Positions 1-9,026 are shown, counted from the stretch's first letter. The stretch: 41,985 nucleotides of DNA from a virus (IMGVR_UViG_2548876869_000013:1-41985), one strand, 5' to 3'. A program made the numbers and translations. The notes: a model not told the origin generated them from the sequence alone.

Positions 1-1158
1 ATGCTCACCGTTAAGCAGATTGAAGCAGCAAAGCCGAAAGAAAAACCATACCGCCTACTCGATGGTAATGGCCTGTACCTTTATGTCCCTGTGTCAGGGA
101 AAAAGGTATGGCAGCTTCGCTACAAGATTGACGGTAAGGAGAAAATCCTGACCGTAGGAAAATATCCGCTAATGACTTTGCAGGAGGCAAGGGATAAAGC
201 ATGGACTGCGAGGAAAGACATCTCGGTTGGCATCGATCCGGTAAAAGCGAAAAAGGCTTCGTCTAACAACAATTCCTTTAGTGCGATTTACAAGGAATGG
301 TACGAGCACAAGAAGCAAGTCTGGTCAGTAGGCTATGCAACTGAACTTGCAAAAATGTTTGATGACGACATTTTACCTATCATCGGCGGCCTTGAAATTC
401 AGGATATTGAGCCGATGCAACTGCTGGAAGTAATCCGCAGATTTGAAGATCGCGGTGCAATGGAGCGAGCCAACAAAGCCCGCAGAAGATGCGGCGAGGT
501 TTTCCGTTACGCTATTGTCACTGGTAGGGCTAAATATAACCCGGCGCCTGACCTTGCTGACGCCATGAAGGGATACCGCAAGAAGAACTTCCCGTTTCTT
601 CCTGCAGACCAGATCCCTGCATTCAACAAAGCACTGGCAACATTTTCAGGAAGTATCGTATCGCTCATTGCCACCAAGGTTTTACGCTATACAGCCCTCA
701 GAACAAAAGAGCTTCGTTCCATGCTATGGAAGAACGTCGATTTTGAAAACAGGATTATCACCATTGACGCCAGTGTGATGAAGGGACGCAAAATTCATGT
801 GGTCCCGATGTCAGACCAGGTGGTTGAACTTCTCACTACGCTAAGCTCAATCACCAAACCAGTATCAGAGTTTGTTTTTGCCGGGCGCAACGATAAGAAG
901 AAGCCGATCTGCGAGAACGCGGTGCTGCTTGTGATCAAACAAATCGGCTATGAGGGTCTGGAAAGCGGTCACGGATTCAGGCATGAATTCAGCACGATTA
1001 TGAACGAGCACGAATGGCCTGCTGACGCTATTGAAGTGCAACTGGCACATGCCAACGGCGGATCTGTGCGCGGGATTTACAACCATGCACAGTATCTCGA
1101 TAAGCGCAGAGAAATGATGCAGTGGTGGGCGGACTGGCTTGATGGTTTAATAGTTTAA
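1..1158 (+). CDS. intS: Tyrosine integrase, P4/IntS type
   Basis: 385-aa ORF; N-terminus MLTVKQIEAAKPKEKPYRL typical of P4-family arm-binding domain; matches recalled E. coli KplE1 IntS in length and sequence; C-terminal catalytic region with R..H..R..Y-type context. Confidence 0.9.
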   Translation: MLTVKQIEAAKPKEKPYRLLDGNGLYLYVPVSGKKVWQLRYKIDGKEKILTVGKYPLMTLQEARDKAWTARKDISVGIDPVKAKKASSNNNSFSAIYKEWYEHKKQVWSVGYATELAKMFDDDILPIIGGLEIQDIEPMQLLEVIRRFEDRGAMERANKARRRCGEVFRYAIVTGRAKYNPAPDLADAMKGYRKKNFPFLPADQIPAFNKALATFSGSIVSLIATKVLRYTALRTKELRSMLWKNVDFENRIITIDASVMKGRKIHVVPMSDQVVELLTTLSSITKPVSEFVFAGRNDKKKPICENAVLLVIKQIGYEGLESGHGFRHEFSTIMNEHEWPADAIEVQLAHANGGSVRGIYNHAQYLDKRREMMQWWADWLDGLIV

Positions 1159-1200
1159 TAGTTTAATAGTTTAATAGTTTAATAGTTTAATAGTTTAATA
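1145..1200. repeat. Perfect tandem repeat GTTTAATA x7 (plus partial unit), overlapping the int stop codon
   Basis: Read directly: seven identical 8-bp units from 1145 to 1200, then GTTT. Confidence 0.95.
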
Positions 1201-1402
1201 GTTTCAGTCCAATATTACATTTTAGCATTGCAAACAAATATTCACTCACGCAACGGTTAATTAAGAAGCAACCAAGTAATCTTAGTGATGATGTTTCAGA
1301 ATGATGAGTAACAAATCGTTAAATCAAGTATTCGATGCTAGTGTTTTGAGCCTCTTTAGCTGATATTATTGTCGTTTACTCTACTTTACATTGAATTGTT
1401 TG

Positions 1403-3313
1403 ATGACCATGACTACACGATATAGATCTGATATTGATGGCCTACGAGCACTTGCTGTCCTTCTTGTTTTTGCTTATCACCTCAAGCTATCACCTTTTAG
1501 TGGCGGCTTTATTGGTGTTGATGTCTTCTTCGTTATCTCTGGATTTCTTATCACTGGTATTGTTATAAAAGCTATTGACAGAAATAGTTTCTCATTATCT
1601 GACTTCTTTAACAGAAGAATAAAGAGAATAGTACCAAATGTTTTTTTAGTTGCATCTTGTACAATTATAGCCGGATGGTTCATCCTATTACCAAAGGATT
1701 ATTCTTCACTTATTAGTAGCTATTTGTACACATCCATCTACGCTGCTAACTTTTATTTTTGGAAAGCGACAGGAGCTTATTTTTCATCTTCTGCAGATGA
1801 GATGCCACTACTTCATATGTGGTCATTGGCCGTAGAGGAGCAATATTACTTTATATGGCCAATTATTATTTTACTTGCACTAAAGCACATTAAGACAAAA
1901 CATATTGGTGTTATTACATTAATAATTTCAGTATTTGCCTTTATATTCTCTGAAATAATGGCAAGGCGTTACGCTGGGTTCTCATATTATATGCCAATCA
2001 CACGCTCTGGAGGCTTGCTTCTAGGGTCCGCCCTAGCATTAATGAATAGAGATTATAAAAAAATAAGGGAGTTTAATTCTTACATAGTAGTAATATTAGG
2101 AACTATTCTTATTGCGGCATCATCTGTAACAGTGAACAAATTATCAGTGTTTCCTGGGTTAAATTCTGCGATACCATCATTTGGTGCAATGTTAGTAATT
2201 TTAGGGGGGAACGGTTTTAATGGCAATGTGATATCAAAAATCTATGGTTCAAAAATAATATCCACAATTGGATTGCTATCATTCTCAATATATCTTTGGC
2301 ACTGGCCGTTGATTGCATATTCAACATATATGGGAGTGATAGACTCACTTGAAGTCAAATTGACAATAGTACTCCTGACATTTATTTTATCATATTTAAG
2401 TTTAAAATTCATTGAGAATCCAATAAGAAAATCAAAAATATCATTTGTTCGTTCTTTTATTTTTATTAACACATTTTTTATTGCAACTGCTTTTATTGTG
2501 TTGTTTATGTCAACTATAACAAATGGCTTCAAATTCAGAAGTGTAGGAGAAAATCATAATTTAGATGTGAAATATGCTGGAATGGACGAAGGATGGTGTC
2601 ATGTTAGCGCAGAAGGAAAAAATGGCATAACTTTTAATGAGTCTATGGCCAAATGTTATATAGGTGATAAAACATCAAATAAAGAAGCTCTATATATTGG
2701 TGATTCCAATGCAGGGCATTACGGTCCATTTGTAGATGAAATGGGTCGCAGGGCTGGAATAAAAATAAATCAACTGAGCACTTCATCTTGTTACCCAACA
2801 AGAGAAGTTAAGAAAGATGGAGAAAACCCTGATGTCTGCATAAACTTCAGAAGAATAATTAATGAAAAAATAAAATCTGGTAAATATGATACAATTATCA
2901 TTGCTAATAGATGGGCAAGGGATGATAAGAATATGTCATATAAAAACGCTAACTTCACCGAGTTCCTATCATTTTACTCATCTCACGCAAAGAAAGTTAT
3001 TATTATGGATCAAATGCCTGAGTGGGTAATAAATCCCGCTGCCTGCTACGAGAGAGGAACATGTGATGCTGAAACTAATTTTGATCTAGCACCAGGATTG
3101 GATGAGTCGCGTAAAAAAATAGAAAGCGCAGCATCACATTTTAATAATGTTTATCTTGTTGACCCGTACTACCTAATGCTTAAGAATAAAAAATACACAC
3201 CTTTCGCAATGGGATACCCTATGTACCATGACAATGGTCATTTAAGCATCAATGGAATGATGTGGATTGCGGAAAAATACTTGCAAGATAATAAAAACCC
3301 ACTTGAAGATTAA
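1403..3313 (+). CDS. Membrane acyltransferase-3 family protein with C-terminal SGNH-like domain (OafA/Oac-like O-antigen acetyltransferase)
   Basis: 640-aa ORF; N-terminal motif RSDIDGLRALAVLLVFAYHL and multiple hydrophobic segments typical of acyltransferase_3; soluble C-terminal half; very AT-rich versus flanks. Start ambiguous (TTG 1391, ATG 1403 or 1409). Confidence 0.75.
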   Translation: MTMTTRYRSDIDGLRALAVLLVFAYHLKLSPFSGGFIGVDVFFVISGFLITGIVIKAIDRNSFSLSDFFNRRIKRIVPNVFLVASCTIIAGWFILLPKDYSSLISSYLYTSIYAANFYFWKATGAYFSSSADEMPLLHMWSLAVEEQYYFIWPIIILLALKHIKTKHIGVITLIISVFAFIFSEIMARRYAGFSYYMPITRSGGLLLGSALALMNRDYKKIREFNSYIVVILGTILIAASSVTVNKLSVFPGLNSAIPSFGAMLVILGGNGFNGNVISKIYGSKIISTIGLLSFSIYLWHWPLIAYSTYMGVIDSLEVKLTIVLLTFILSYLSLKFIENPIRKSKISFVRSFIFINTFFIATAFIVLFMSTITNGFKFRSVGENHNLDVKYAGMDEGWCHVSAEGKNGITFNESMAKCYIGDKTSNKEALYIGDSNAGHYGPFVDEMGRRAGIKINQLSTSSCYPTREVKKDGENPDVCINFRRIINEKIKSGKYDTIIIANRWARDDKNMSYKNANFTEFLSFYSSHAKKVIIMDQMPEWVINPAACYERGTCDAETNFDLAPGLDESRKKIESAASHFNNVYLVDPYYLMLKNKKYTPFAMGYPMYHDNGHLSINGMMWIAEKYLQDNKNPLED

Positions 3314-3337
3314 TTGAGTTATAATTTTTATTGGTAA

Positions 3338-3370
3338 TATGAACCTCTTAATTTATGAGAGGTTCATATT
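3338..3370. terminator. Bidirectional hairpin between convergent acyltransferase and tailspike genes
   Basis: Inverted repeat ATATGAACCTCT..GAGAGGTTCATAT flanked by A/T runs. Confidence 0.6.
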
Positions 3371-3383
3371 TTCATTGAAATAT

Positions 3384-5363
3384 TTAATTGTGCTCCTTAG
3401 CAAAGCGCAAGCTACCTGCGCTTAATACTGCAGATAACGTATCTCCCACTCTAGTCACACTTAAGTTGCTAGTTCCTGCAATGTAACTAACAGTTGTCGT
3501 TGTTGCCAGTGTCATAACTATTGGTATAGTTATGACTCGTTCTGTACCTCCGCTATCAACAAACTGAACAGATAAAAACTGAAACCTTCTATTTATTTTA
3601 TATGAAAATGATAATCCAGATATGGATAATAATCCACTTTGTCCTATTTTTATATTCCAATCAGAAAAATCAGTTATGTTAGATGGGTCTATATTATTTT
3701 GCGAGTACCATGATGTTATTGCGCCTGATGATGTTTTTCCTTTAAAATAAACAAATGAACTACTTGCTTTTTTAAAATTATTATCACATATGATAACCAC
3801 CTCTTGAGTTGATAGTTTAGTTTCATCATAGAATGCGCTGGTAAGTACTGCGTCATCTGCGTTAACACCCCGTATCTCAGAAATCTTAGTCACACCAGCC
3901 CTGTCAGTGTCTTCCGCTTTGTTTATGAGAGAGTCTGTATTGTTTACCCACGCAGACAGCACTCTAGCCACAGGGGTGTTATACTGACGCATCAATTGCG
4001 AAACACCAGAGATAATACCTGCCTTTAAAGTGATTTCCTGGCAATTGTTGCCGTAAGCAAGGATTGGTTTATTCACCCCATCCCATCTATAATTACCAAC
4101 TTCAACATCAATTCGTCCACCACTGCACCATACAACAGCATTTGTTTGTCCTCCGTCAAACTTAACCCCATAAACAGCACCAACTTTAACAAAAGCGTAG
4201 CGTTCGGCGTTTATTTTCATTTGAAGCGGGTTGTTGCTGGTTCCCGTGACGTACCCAATATCTATACGGCAATTATCTCCTGCGCCATCTACGTTAATGC
4301 CGCGGTGGTCAGATCCAATAACCCCGCCAGAGCCGACAACGCTACAGTTTTCACAAGTAAAGAAACCAATAGGGTTGTTGTTGTGCGGTTTAGAATGAAT
4401 GGAGTTATATTCTGTACCTATCTTGCCGTTAAGAATGTAGGTAACATTTTTCATAACAGCTGTAATTGTGTAGTTATTGTCATCCCAAACCGTTGCATCA
4501 GGGTTAAGAAAATGTGCAAAGGACCACATCCCCCCGGAGTTTAACCCCATAATTTCTGGCCCTACCGTGGGGTCATCGTAACGCCCCATAACTGTAACCC
4601 CAGCTTCGTGGTGTATTTCTATATTATCTCGTAAGGGATGAATAGAGCCAAGAACATAAAAAGTACCTGTTGCACCATATTCAAATTTACTGAATCTTGT
4701 GTCTCTTACCAGTTTTTGAATTACATTACGGTTATGCGCAGCGTTTAGCGGAACATATTCACCTTCAATAATGCCAGCGGAAGCGAAATTAGGCGTCATT
4801 AAAATAAGATACCCGCCAACTGCAGAAATATAAAATATAGGTGACTGTGGTTTTTCAGTTGTAAACACCCAATCTGTTACAACTGGAACATTATAATAAT
4901 AAGTTCTAACCTTTTTCCCATCTGTTAACCCTAATATTGATTGGGCCTGTTCAACGGATGAGCATTCGAGAATAGCACCACCAACGATAATGGCTCCTGC
5001 GCTCCCCTGTAATTCTTGCCGTAGCTGATCAGGATCATACTTCAGAACATTAGGAAAATAGAACTGCTGCACACCGTACGCATCATAAATAGCCATAGAA
5101 TGGCCTTGCACAGTTACGAACTTAGCAATCTGTCCGTTATATACCGGATATCCAGCAGCGTTAATGATGATTGGTTGCGAAACAGGAACGTGAGAACCGT
5201 CTTCGTTTTCCACATAAACCTGAATCTGGTTTTCAGGATTTACCGGGTCAGTGTCAATTTTTCCGATATAAATTTTGCCATTGGCTACGGCTTTAAAAGA
5301 ACGAGCCATAGTGAAGAGTTGCGAAGGCATCGATACGATCACATTGGCTGTAATGTCTGTCAT
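3384..5363 (-). CDS. Tailspike protein; P22 gp9-like N-terminal head-binding domain, divergent receptor-binding domain
   Basis: 659 aa; first ~110 aa ([56 protein letters not shown]) closely match recalled P22 tailspike N-terminus; remainder differs. Confidence 0.9.
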   Translation of the reverse strand: MTDITANVIVSMPSQLFTMARSFKAVANGKIYIGKIDTDPVNPENQIQVYVENEDGSHVPVSQPIIINAAGYPVYNGQIAKFVTVQGHSMAIYDAYGVQQFYFPNVLKYDPDQLRQELQGSAGAIIVGGAILECSSVEQAQSILGLTDGKKVRTYYYNVPVVTDWVFTTEKPQSPIFYISAVGGYLILMTPNFASAGIIEGEYVPLNAAHNRNVIQKLVRDTRFSKFEYGATGTFYVLGSIHPLRDNIEIHHEAGVTVMGRYDDPTVGPEIMGLNSGGMWSFAHFLNPDATVWDDNNYTITAVMKNVTYILNGKIGTEYNSIHSKPHNNNPIGFFTCENCSVVGSGGVIGSDHRGINVDGAGDNCRIDIGYVTGTSNNPLQMKINAERYAFVKVGAVYGVKFDGGQTNAVVWCSGGRIDVEVGNYRWDGVNKPILAYGNNCQEITLKAGIISGVSQLMRQYNTPVARVLSAWVNNTDSLINKAEDTDRAGVTKISEIRGVNADDAVLTSAFYDETKLSTQEVVIICDNNFKKASSSFVYFKGKTSSGAITSWYSQNNIDPSNITDFSDWNIKIGQSGLLSISGLSFSYKINRRFQFLSVQFVDSGGTERVITIPIVMTLATTTTVSYIAGTSNLSVTRVGDTLSAVLSAGSLRFAKEHN

Positions 5364-5495
5364 TTAATTTGCTCCAGATACAAGGAATCACCGAAGCATG
5401 GCTACGGTTGATGTTTGTTGCATACCGAAATGGTACGATTGTTGATTTGTACAGTAGGTTTTACGATGCCATTCCACCCATTTGGTGAGGCATTG

Positions 5496-5753
5496 ATGAT
5501 GTACAGCAAATACGATGAGGCGCAGTTCCACTTGAGGCTTACGCACGAGTTGCACGCTAAGATTAAGCAGCGTGCAAAAATGAATAACAGGTCTATCAAT
5601 TCCGAAATTGTGGCTACGATGGAAGAATCACTCTCCAAACCATCACCTGTAAGCGGGTATCGTGATGAAGAAGAGAGGTTGGCCTCATTAATCTCGGAGC
5701 GAGTAAAAGAAGTTGCGGCTGATATCCTTAGAAAAGAAAAAACCCGCGATTAA
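5496..5753 (+). CDS. mnt: Mnt-like ribbon-helix-helix repressor
   Basis: Motifs NNRSINSEIV and SKPSPVSGYRDEEERLA match recalled P22 Mnt; ATG at 5496 in frame within ORF 5415-5753. Confidence 0.8.
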   Translation: MMYSKYDEAQFHLRLTHELHAKIKQRAKMNNRSINSEIVATMEESLSKPSPVSGYRDEEERLASLISERVKEVAADILRKEKTRD

Positions 5754-5766
5754 GCGGGTTTAGTTG
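5742..5766. terminator. Bidirectional terminator between convergent mnt and the immI operon end
   Basis: AAAAACCCGCGATTAAGCGGGTTTAG: GC stem with A-run on one side and T-run on the other. Confidence 0.6.
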
Positions 5767-5767
5767 G

Positions 5768-5989
5768 TTAGTTATCAAAAAGTCCGTACGTTTCTTCTTC
5801 TTCAGGTGTAAGGGGAAGAATCTCTACTCTATCTATAGATATCTTTTCAATGTACCCATGAGGTCTACTTAAAATTAAAGCTCTCTCATGCCACAGAACT
5901 CCAAGAATGTGATACCTTCCAGCATCGCCTTTTACCCTGGCTCTTCCTTTGATTCTTGGCGGCATAATGCCATATTTTTTCTTTGCCAT
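5768..5989 (-). CDS. Hypothetical protein, 73 aa, acidic C-terminus; last gene of the immI operon
   Basis: ATG overlaps upstream stop (TAATG) suggesting translational coupling; no family recognised. Confidence 0.5.
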   Translation of the reverse strand: MAKKKYGIMPPRIKGRARVKGDAGRYHILGVLWHERALILSRPHGYIEKISIDRVEILPLTPEEEETYGLFDN

Positions 5990-6717
5990 TATGCAACATT
6001 ACTCCCATGAATCAGGTGTTGTAGTGCTTTAACACCTTCCTCATTGTAGCGGAATGCTTCCACCTGTTTGCTGGAATGCGCAGATTTATCCAGGAAGAAC
6101 TTCCCGTACTGCTCAGTTTTGAGGTTGTTTGCGTTAGCAATGCGACCAATCTTGTTGGCCGTTACTCCAAGCTGCTCTGCAACCTCCCCTGCTGAGTAGT
6201 AATGCTCTTCTATTGCTGGAAGAGGTATTGCATTAAAACCAACGATCGGGTTGATTATGCTTGCTGCCGCAGTCTGCTTTGCTTCCGGCGCAAGATTTGG
6301 CATCAAATCGAACAGATTGGTAACAGCTTCAACCGTCATTTTCAATGTTCGCGCCTGGCGATACTCAACAAGTCCACTAGACGATTTACCGCTTTTAATG
6401 TGCGCTTCTTGCATACTTTCAAGTTGGTCTACAAGTGAGCGGCGAACAGCTTTAGATTCACGAGCAGCCACTCGAAGGGCTTGCTTAATTGACATAACAA
6501 CTTTTTCAGAAGTTGTCTTGTTTGATTTTTGAACTACGAAAATTTCGTAGTGCTCACCTTCAAGTTCATCCTTAATGCGTGCAATAAAGTCGTTATTGCG
6601 GACTTCTTTTTCCCCGCACTGTCTACGAGCATGATTGACCATCTCTAACAGGTACTGGCTATCAATGGTTTTATCCGTGACAACGGATCCGATGTTTGCT
6701 ACATTCTTAAAAGTCAT
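5989..6717 (-). CDS. Rha-like antirepressor-type regulatory protein
   Basis: ATG at 6717 with AAGGAA RBS; N-terminal region parallels the Rha-type protein at 27702-28424; C-terminal HTH-like segment. Family assignment tentative. Confidence 0.6.
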   Translation of the reverse strand: MTFKNVANIGSVVTDKTIDSQYLLEMVNHARRQCGEKEVRNNDFIARIKDELEGEHYEIFVVQKSNKTTSEKVVMSIKQALRVAARESKAVRRSLVDQLESMQEAHIKSGKSSSGLVEYRQARTLKMTVEAVTNLFDLMPNLAPEAKQTAAASIINPIVGFNAIPLPAIEEHYYSAGEVAEQLGVTANKIGRIANANNLKTEQYGKFFLDKSAHSSKQVEAFRYNEEGVKALQHLIHGSNVA

Positions 6718-6790
6718 TAGGCATTCCTTATGTGGTAGTAAGGGTGTGACATAGGCCGCCAGCAGCACACTGGCGGTTTTCTTTTTGCGC
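6694..6790 (+). ncRNA. Putative sar-like antisense RNA unit 2 (promoter, transcript antisense to the RBS of the Rha-like gene, terminator)
   Basis: Plus-strand extended -10 TGCTACATT (6697-6705) inside the 5' end of the minus-strand gene; plus-strand terminator CCGCCAG..CTGGCGG + TTTTCTTTTT (6756-6786). Inferred from architecture. Confidence 0.3.
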
Positions 6791-6805
6791 CGTCCGGCGC
6801 ACCAA

Positions 6806-7432
6806 TCAATGAATCCATTCCTCGCCGCGCAGTTTTGCCAGCATTGGCTGAGCGTTCTTTACGACAAAATTGTTGGTATCAAGATTCTTCATTTCACGAA
6901 GAAGTGATTTCTTGGTTTCTTCTGACATGTAGCGAGTCTCATATGCAATATCGTAAATCCTTCCTGAAAGCTCAGAACCAATTTGCTTCATTCCTGGGTA
7001 GATGTGTTTGCACATTTGTTGACTCTTCTCCATCCACAATTGTAAGTAGCAGAGATTAACCAGTTCTTCGTCAGTAAACTGTTTTGCAATCGGTGAGCAT
7101 TCTGCCTGCCGATCCAAAATATCCAGCACCCAGCGGCGGAACTCTTTGGCTACCTGAGTGCGAGCAAACATCGCGATTAGGTGGGCACCGCGTAGTGAGA
7201 AAACACGCACTTTTTTACGATAATTTCCTGAGGTACTCACTTCGAGTACCTGAGTCATTCCGGCGCTAAACTCATCGCTATACTTGTTATAAATCATTGT
7301 TACTGCACGACTATTTGCGTATTTAAGTGCAGATGCAATATTAGATGATGTAAACCAAACACCATGCATATCACGGGTGGGCACCAATTCAACTCCGTGG
7401 AAGTTGTAATCTGATTTTGCTACAATATTCAT
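6806..7432 (-). CDS. Antirepressor with Bro-N/AntA-type N-terminal domain
   Basis: ATG at 7432 with AGGAAAC RBS (ORF track extends to 7516); N-terminus FHGVELVP..GVWFTSSNIASALKY and ..FRRWV resemble Bro-N antirepressor domains; sits after arc as ant does in P22 immI. Confidence 0.7.
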   Translation of the reverse strand: MNIVAKSDYNFHGVELVPTRDMHGVWFTSSNIASALKYANSRAVTMIYNKYSDEFSAGMTQVLEVSTSGNYRKKVRVFSLRGAHLIAMFARTQVAKEFRRWVLDILDRQAECSPIAKQFTDEELVNLCYLQLWMEKSQQMCKHIYPGMKQIGSELSGRIYDIAYETRYMSEETKKSLLREMKNLDTNNFVVKNAQPMLAKLRGEEWIH

Positions 7433-7510
7433 GTTAGTTTCCTTGCATACGGTTACTGACATAGAGGCCCGGTTTGTGTTCACGCACTGCCGGGCTTCAC
7501 TATTTTTACT
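7418..7510 (+). ncRNA. Putative sar-like antisense RNA unit 1 (antisense to the ant translation-initiation region)
   Basis: Plus-strand extended -10 TGCTACAAT (7418-7426) just inside ant 5' end; plus-strand hairpin GCCCGG..CCGGGC (7469-7498) followed by T-rich run in the arc-ant gap; mirrors the recalled P22 sar arrangement. Confidence 0.35.
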
Positions 7511-7679
7511 GGGCATTAGCTCTTTCCTCTCTCAGGCTTTTAGCCAGTCGCTGCACAATCGCAGAGTTGATAGAAATTCCATCCATTTCAGCAACACGTC
7601 TAATCTCCTCCTTCATTCGCGCTGGCAAACGAAGCTGGAAACTTTGACTTTTACGACCTGTGTAAAGCACATCTTTCAT
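7506..7679 (-). CDS. arc: Arc-like ribbon-helix-helix repressor
   Basis: ATG at 7679 with GGGAGAA RBS; RHH N-terminus (SQSFQLRLPARMKEEIRRVAEMDGISINSAIVQRL); first gene of the arc-ant operon. Confidence 0.7.
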   Translation of the reverse strand: MKDVLYTGRKSQSFQLRLPARMKEEIRRVAEMDGISINSAIVQRLAKSLREERANAQ

Positions 7680-7694
7680 AAGTAATTCTCCCAC

Positions 7695-7790
7695 AATGAT
7701 ACCAACTTGGTTCTAGAACCAATTTAACACCATTTATTTTGATGTCAAGTTGGTGCTATTGTTTAGCGAACATCTTTACGTTGAGGTCAT
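7695..7790. promoter_or_regulatory. Divergent immI promoter region with perfect 16-bp palindrome TTGGTTCTAGAACCAA (7707-7722), likely operator
   Basis: Palindrome read directly; lies between divergent RHH repressor genes. Confidence 0.6.
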
Positions 7791-8111
7791 ATGAGCAAGT
7801 TCCCTAGTCATGAAATGGATAGGTTCAATATCAGGCTTCCTGCAGGAATGCGGGATGCTATAGCTGAACGAGCCAAACGTAACGGCAGATCAATGAACTC
7901 AGAGATTGTTCAGATACTGGAAGATGCCTTGAATGCAGAAAATACACTCGGGGAAATAGCAGATAAAATCAACAGCGTCTCGGTTCCGCTAAATGTTGAT
8001 GCGCTAGTTCAACTTCAAGCCCAGGTTATCGCCATGCAAAAAGAAATACAGGAAAAGTTCAGAGAGCAGAACGAAAAGTTGAGAGAACTGCTAAACAAAA
8101 AAACCACCTGA
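7791..8111 (+). CDS. Second Mnt/Arc-family RHH repressor with coiled-coil-like C-terminus
   Basis: N-terminus FNIRLPAGMRDAIAERAKRNGRSMNSEIVQILEDAL is RHH-like; divergent from arc-ant as mnt is in P22. Confidence 0.7.
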   Translation: MSKFPSHEMDRFNIRLPAGMRDAIAERAKRNGRSMNSEIVQILEDALNAENTLGEIADKINSVSVPLNVDALVQLQAQVIAMQKEIQEKFREQNEKLRELLNKKTT

Positions 8112-8128
8112 CGGTGGGTTAATTTTTG
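8104..8128. terminator. Hairpin terminator at end of RHH repressor gene
   Basis: CCACC-TGAC-GGTGG stem then ATTTTTG; A-run upstream. Confidence 0.5.
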
Positions 8129-8135
8129 CCTTTTT

Positions 8136-8209
8136 TGGACCATATTGACTACTCATAAAATGAGATCAATATTTAATCGCCCAATAACGGGTGCATGTTG
8201 AGGTATATC
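8136..8209 (+). promoter_or_regulatory. Candidate promoter with embedded palindrome CTCATAAAATGAG
   Basis: TTGACT (8145-8150), 17-nt spacer containing 13-bp palindrome 8152-8164, A/T-rich -10-like hexamer; GAGGTA RBS before ATG 8210. Confidence 0.4.
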
Positions 8210-8389
8210 ATGGCGAAAAAACCAGGTGAAAACACAGGAAAAAACGGCGGAATATACCAAGAAGTTGGCCCGCGCGGAGGTAAGAAAGACAATTTTGCCA
8301 CCGTCAAGGACAACGAAAGGCTTCCGCCAACAACAAAGCCAGGTCATGGCTGGGTATTAGATAAGCGAACTCCAGACAGCAAAAAGTAA
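8210..8389 (+). CDS. Small glycine-rich protein, YjzC-like (tentative)
   Basis: 59 aa with motifs GKNGGIYQEVGPRGG and RLPPTTKPGHGW; own RBS and terminator; ATG 8210 in frame within ORF 8195-8389. Confidence 0.55.
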   Translation: MAKKPGENTGKNGGIYQEVGPRGGKKDNFATVKDNERLPPTTKPGHGWVLDKRTPDSKK

Positions 8390-8395
8390 TAATCA

Positions 8396-8418
8396 AGCCG
8401 GGTCACTCCGGCTTTTTG
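8396..8418. terminator. Hairpin terminator shared by convergent genes
   Basis: AGCCGG-GTCACT-CCGGCT then TTTTT. Confidence 0.55.
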
Positions 8419-8768
8419 ATATGTCGCTCGCAGAACTCAACAAGCCTGCTCATTAAGTAGCAGTAAGTCTCGTTGGCTCTTCCTGGTTCAACATCAACGC
8501 CGACCCTTGAGCAGATATCGAATGCCATGTGAGCGCACTCATGGGCAATAGTAGATAGTTTACCATTGAACACACCTATCACATGCAAAACACCATTCTC
8601 GCTGCTCATTGTATGAGACGCTCCGTTGGCATCCGAGTCCTGCACGTCCACGCCAAGTTTTTGATGCAGGCGTTGCCATTCTGGAAAGTCTCTGCAAAAC
8701 ACAATTGTACCGCTCTCAAAGAGCGGAACGAGCATTTTTGGTACGTTTCCAATGTTAACTTTTTTCAT
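8403..8768 (-). CDS. Small protein with HExxH (zincin-like) motif
   Basis: 121 aa; single HECAH motif in STIAHECAHMAFD; RBS before ATG; family not identified. Confidence 0.55.
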   Translation of the reverse strand: MKKVNIGNVPKMLVPLFESGTIVFCRDFPEWQRLHQKLGVDVQDSDANGASHTMSSENGVLHVIGVFNGKLSTIAHECAHMAFDICSRVGVDVEPGRANETYCYLMSRLVEFCERHIKKPE

Positions 8769-8798
8769 GGTATCCTGCTCAAAACTAAGGAGGTTGGT

Positions 8799-9026
8799 GT
8801 GAAGCGATGGTTCCTCATAATTACTGTTTTCGCGATCATTTACACTATTTTCCCTGCATTAAAAGCACCAATGCAAATAATTTCACTAGCAATAATTTCG
8901 ATTAGTGCTTTCATTGCAGTAGCCGTACTTGTGTTTAAGGTTTTAAAGTTTTTAGTTTGGCTATCAAAAGATGATGGATGCAAAGTTCATCAAGAAAAAG
9001 AAGGCAAAATAACCAAAGTTGACTAA
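8799..9026 (+). CDS. Small two-helix membrane protein (candidate superinfection-exclusion-type protein)
   Basis: GTG start 4 nt after AAGGAGG; 75 aa with two strongly hydrophobic segments and a charged tail; sits where P22 carries sieA. Confidence 0.5.
   Translation: MKRWFLIITVFAIIYTIFPALKAPMQIISLAIISISAFIAVAVLVFKVLKFLVWLSKDDGCKVHQEKEGKITKVD

Noticed and set aside
1-1158. Integrase belonging to a separate neighbouring element (int and excisionase are at opposite ends)
   Set aside because: Consistent with a P4/IntS-type system where attP lies between xis/torI and int on the circular genome; the argW 3' end at 40282-40296 supports a single prophage.
1145-1200. CRISPR array
   Set aside because: 8-bp units with no spacers; simple tandem repeat. 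No repeat-spacer array or cas gene anywhere in the window.
4146-4544. Antisense ORFs inside structural genes (also 9795-10157, 12366-12779, 18899-19351, 21589-21939, 37748-38074)
   Set aside because: Shadow frames within well-supported genes; no RBS, biased low-complexity translations.
5989-6768. Non-ATG start at 6768 for the Rha-like gene
   Set aside because: No RBS; ATG at 6717 has AAGGAA at proper spacing.
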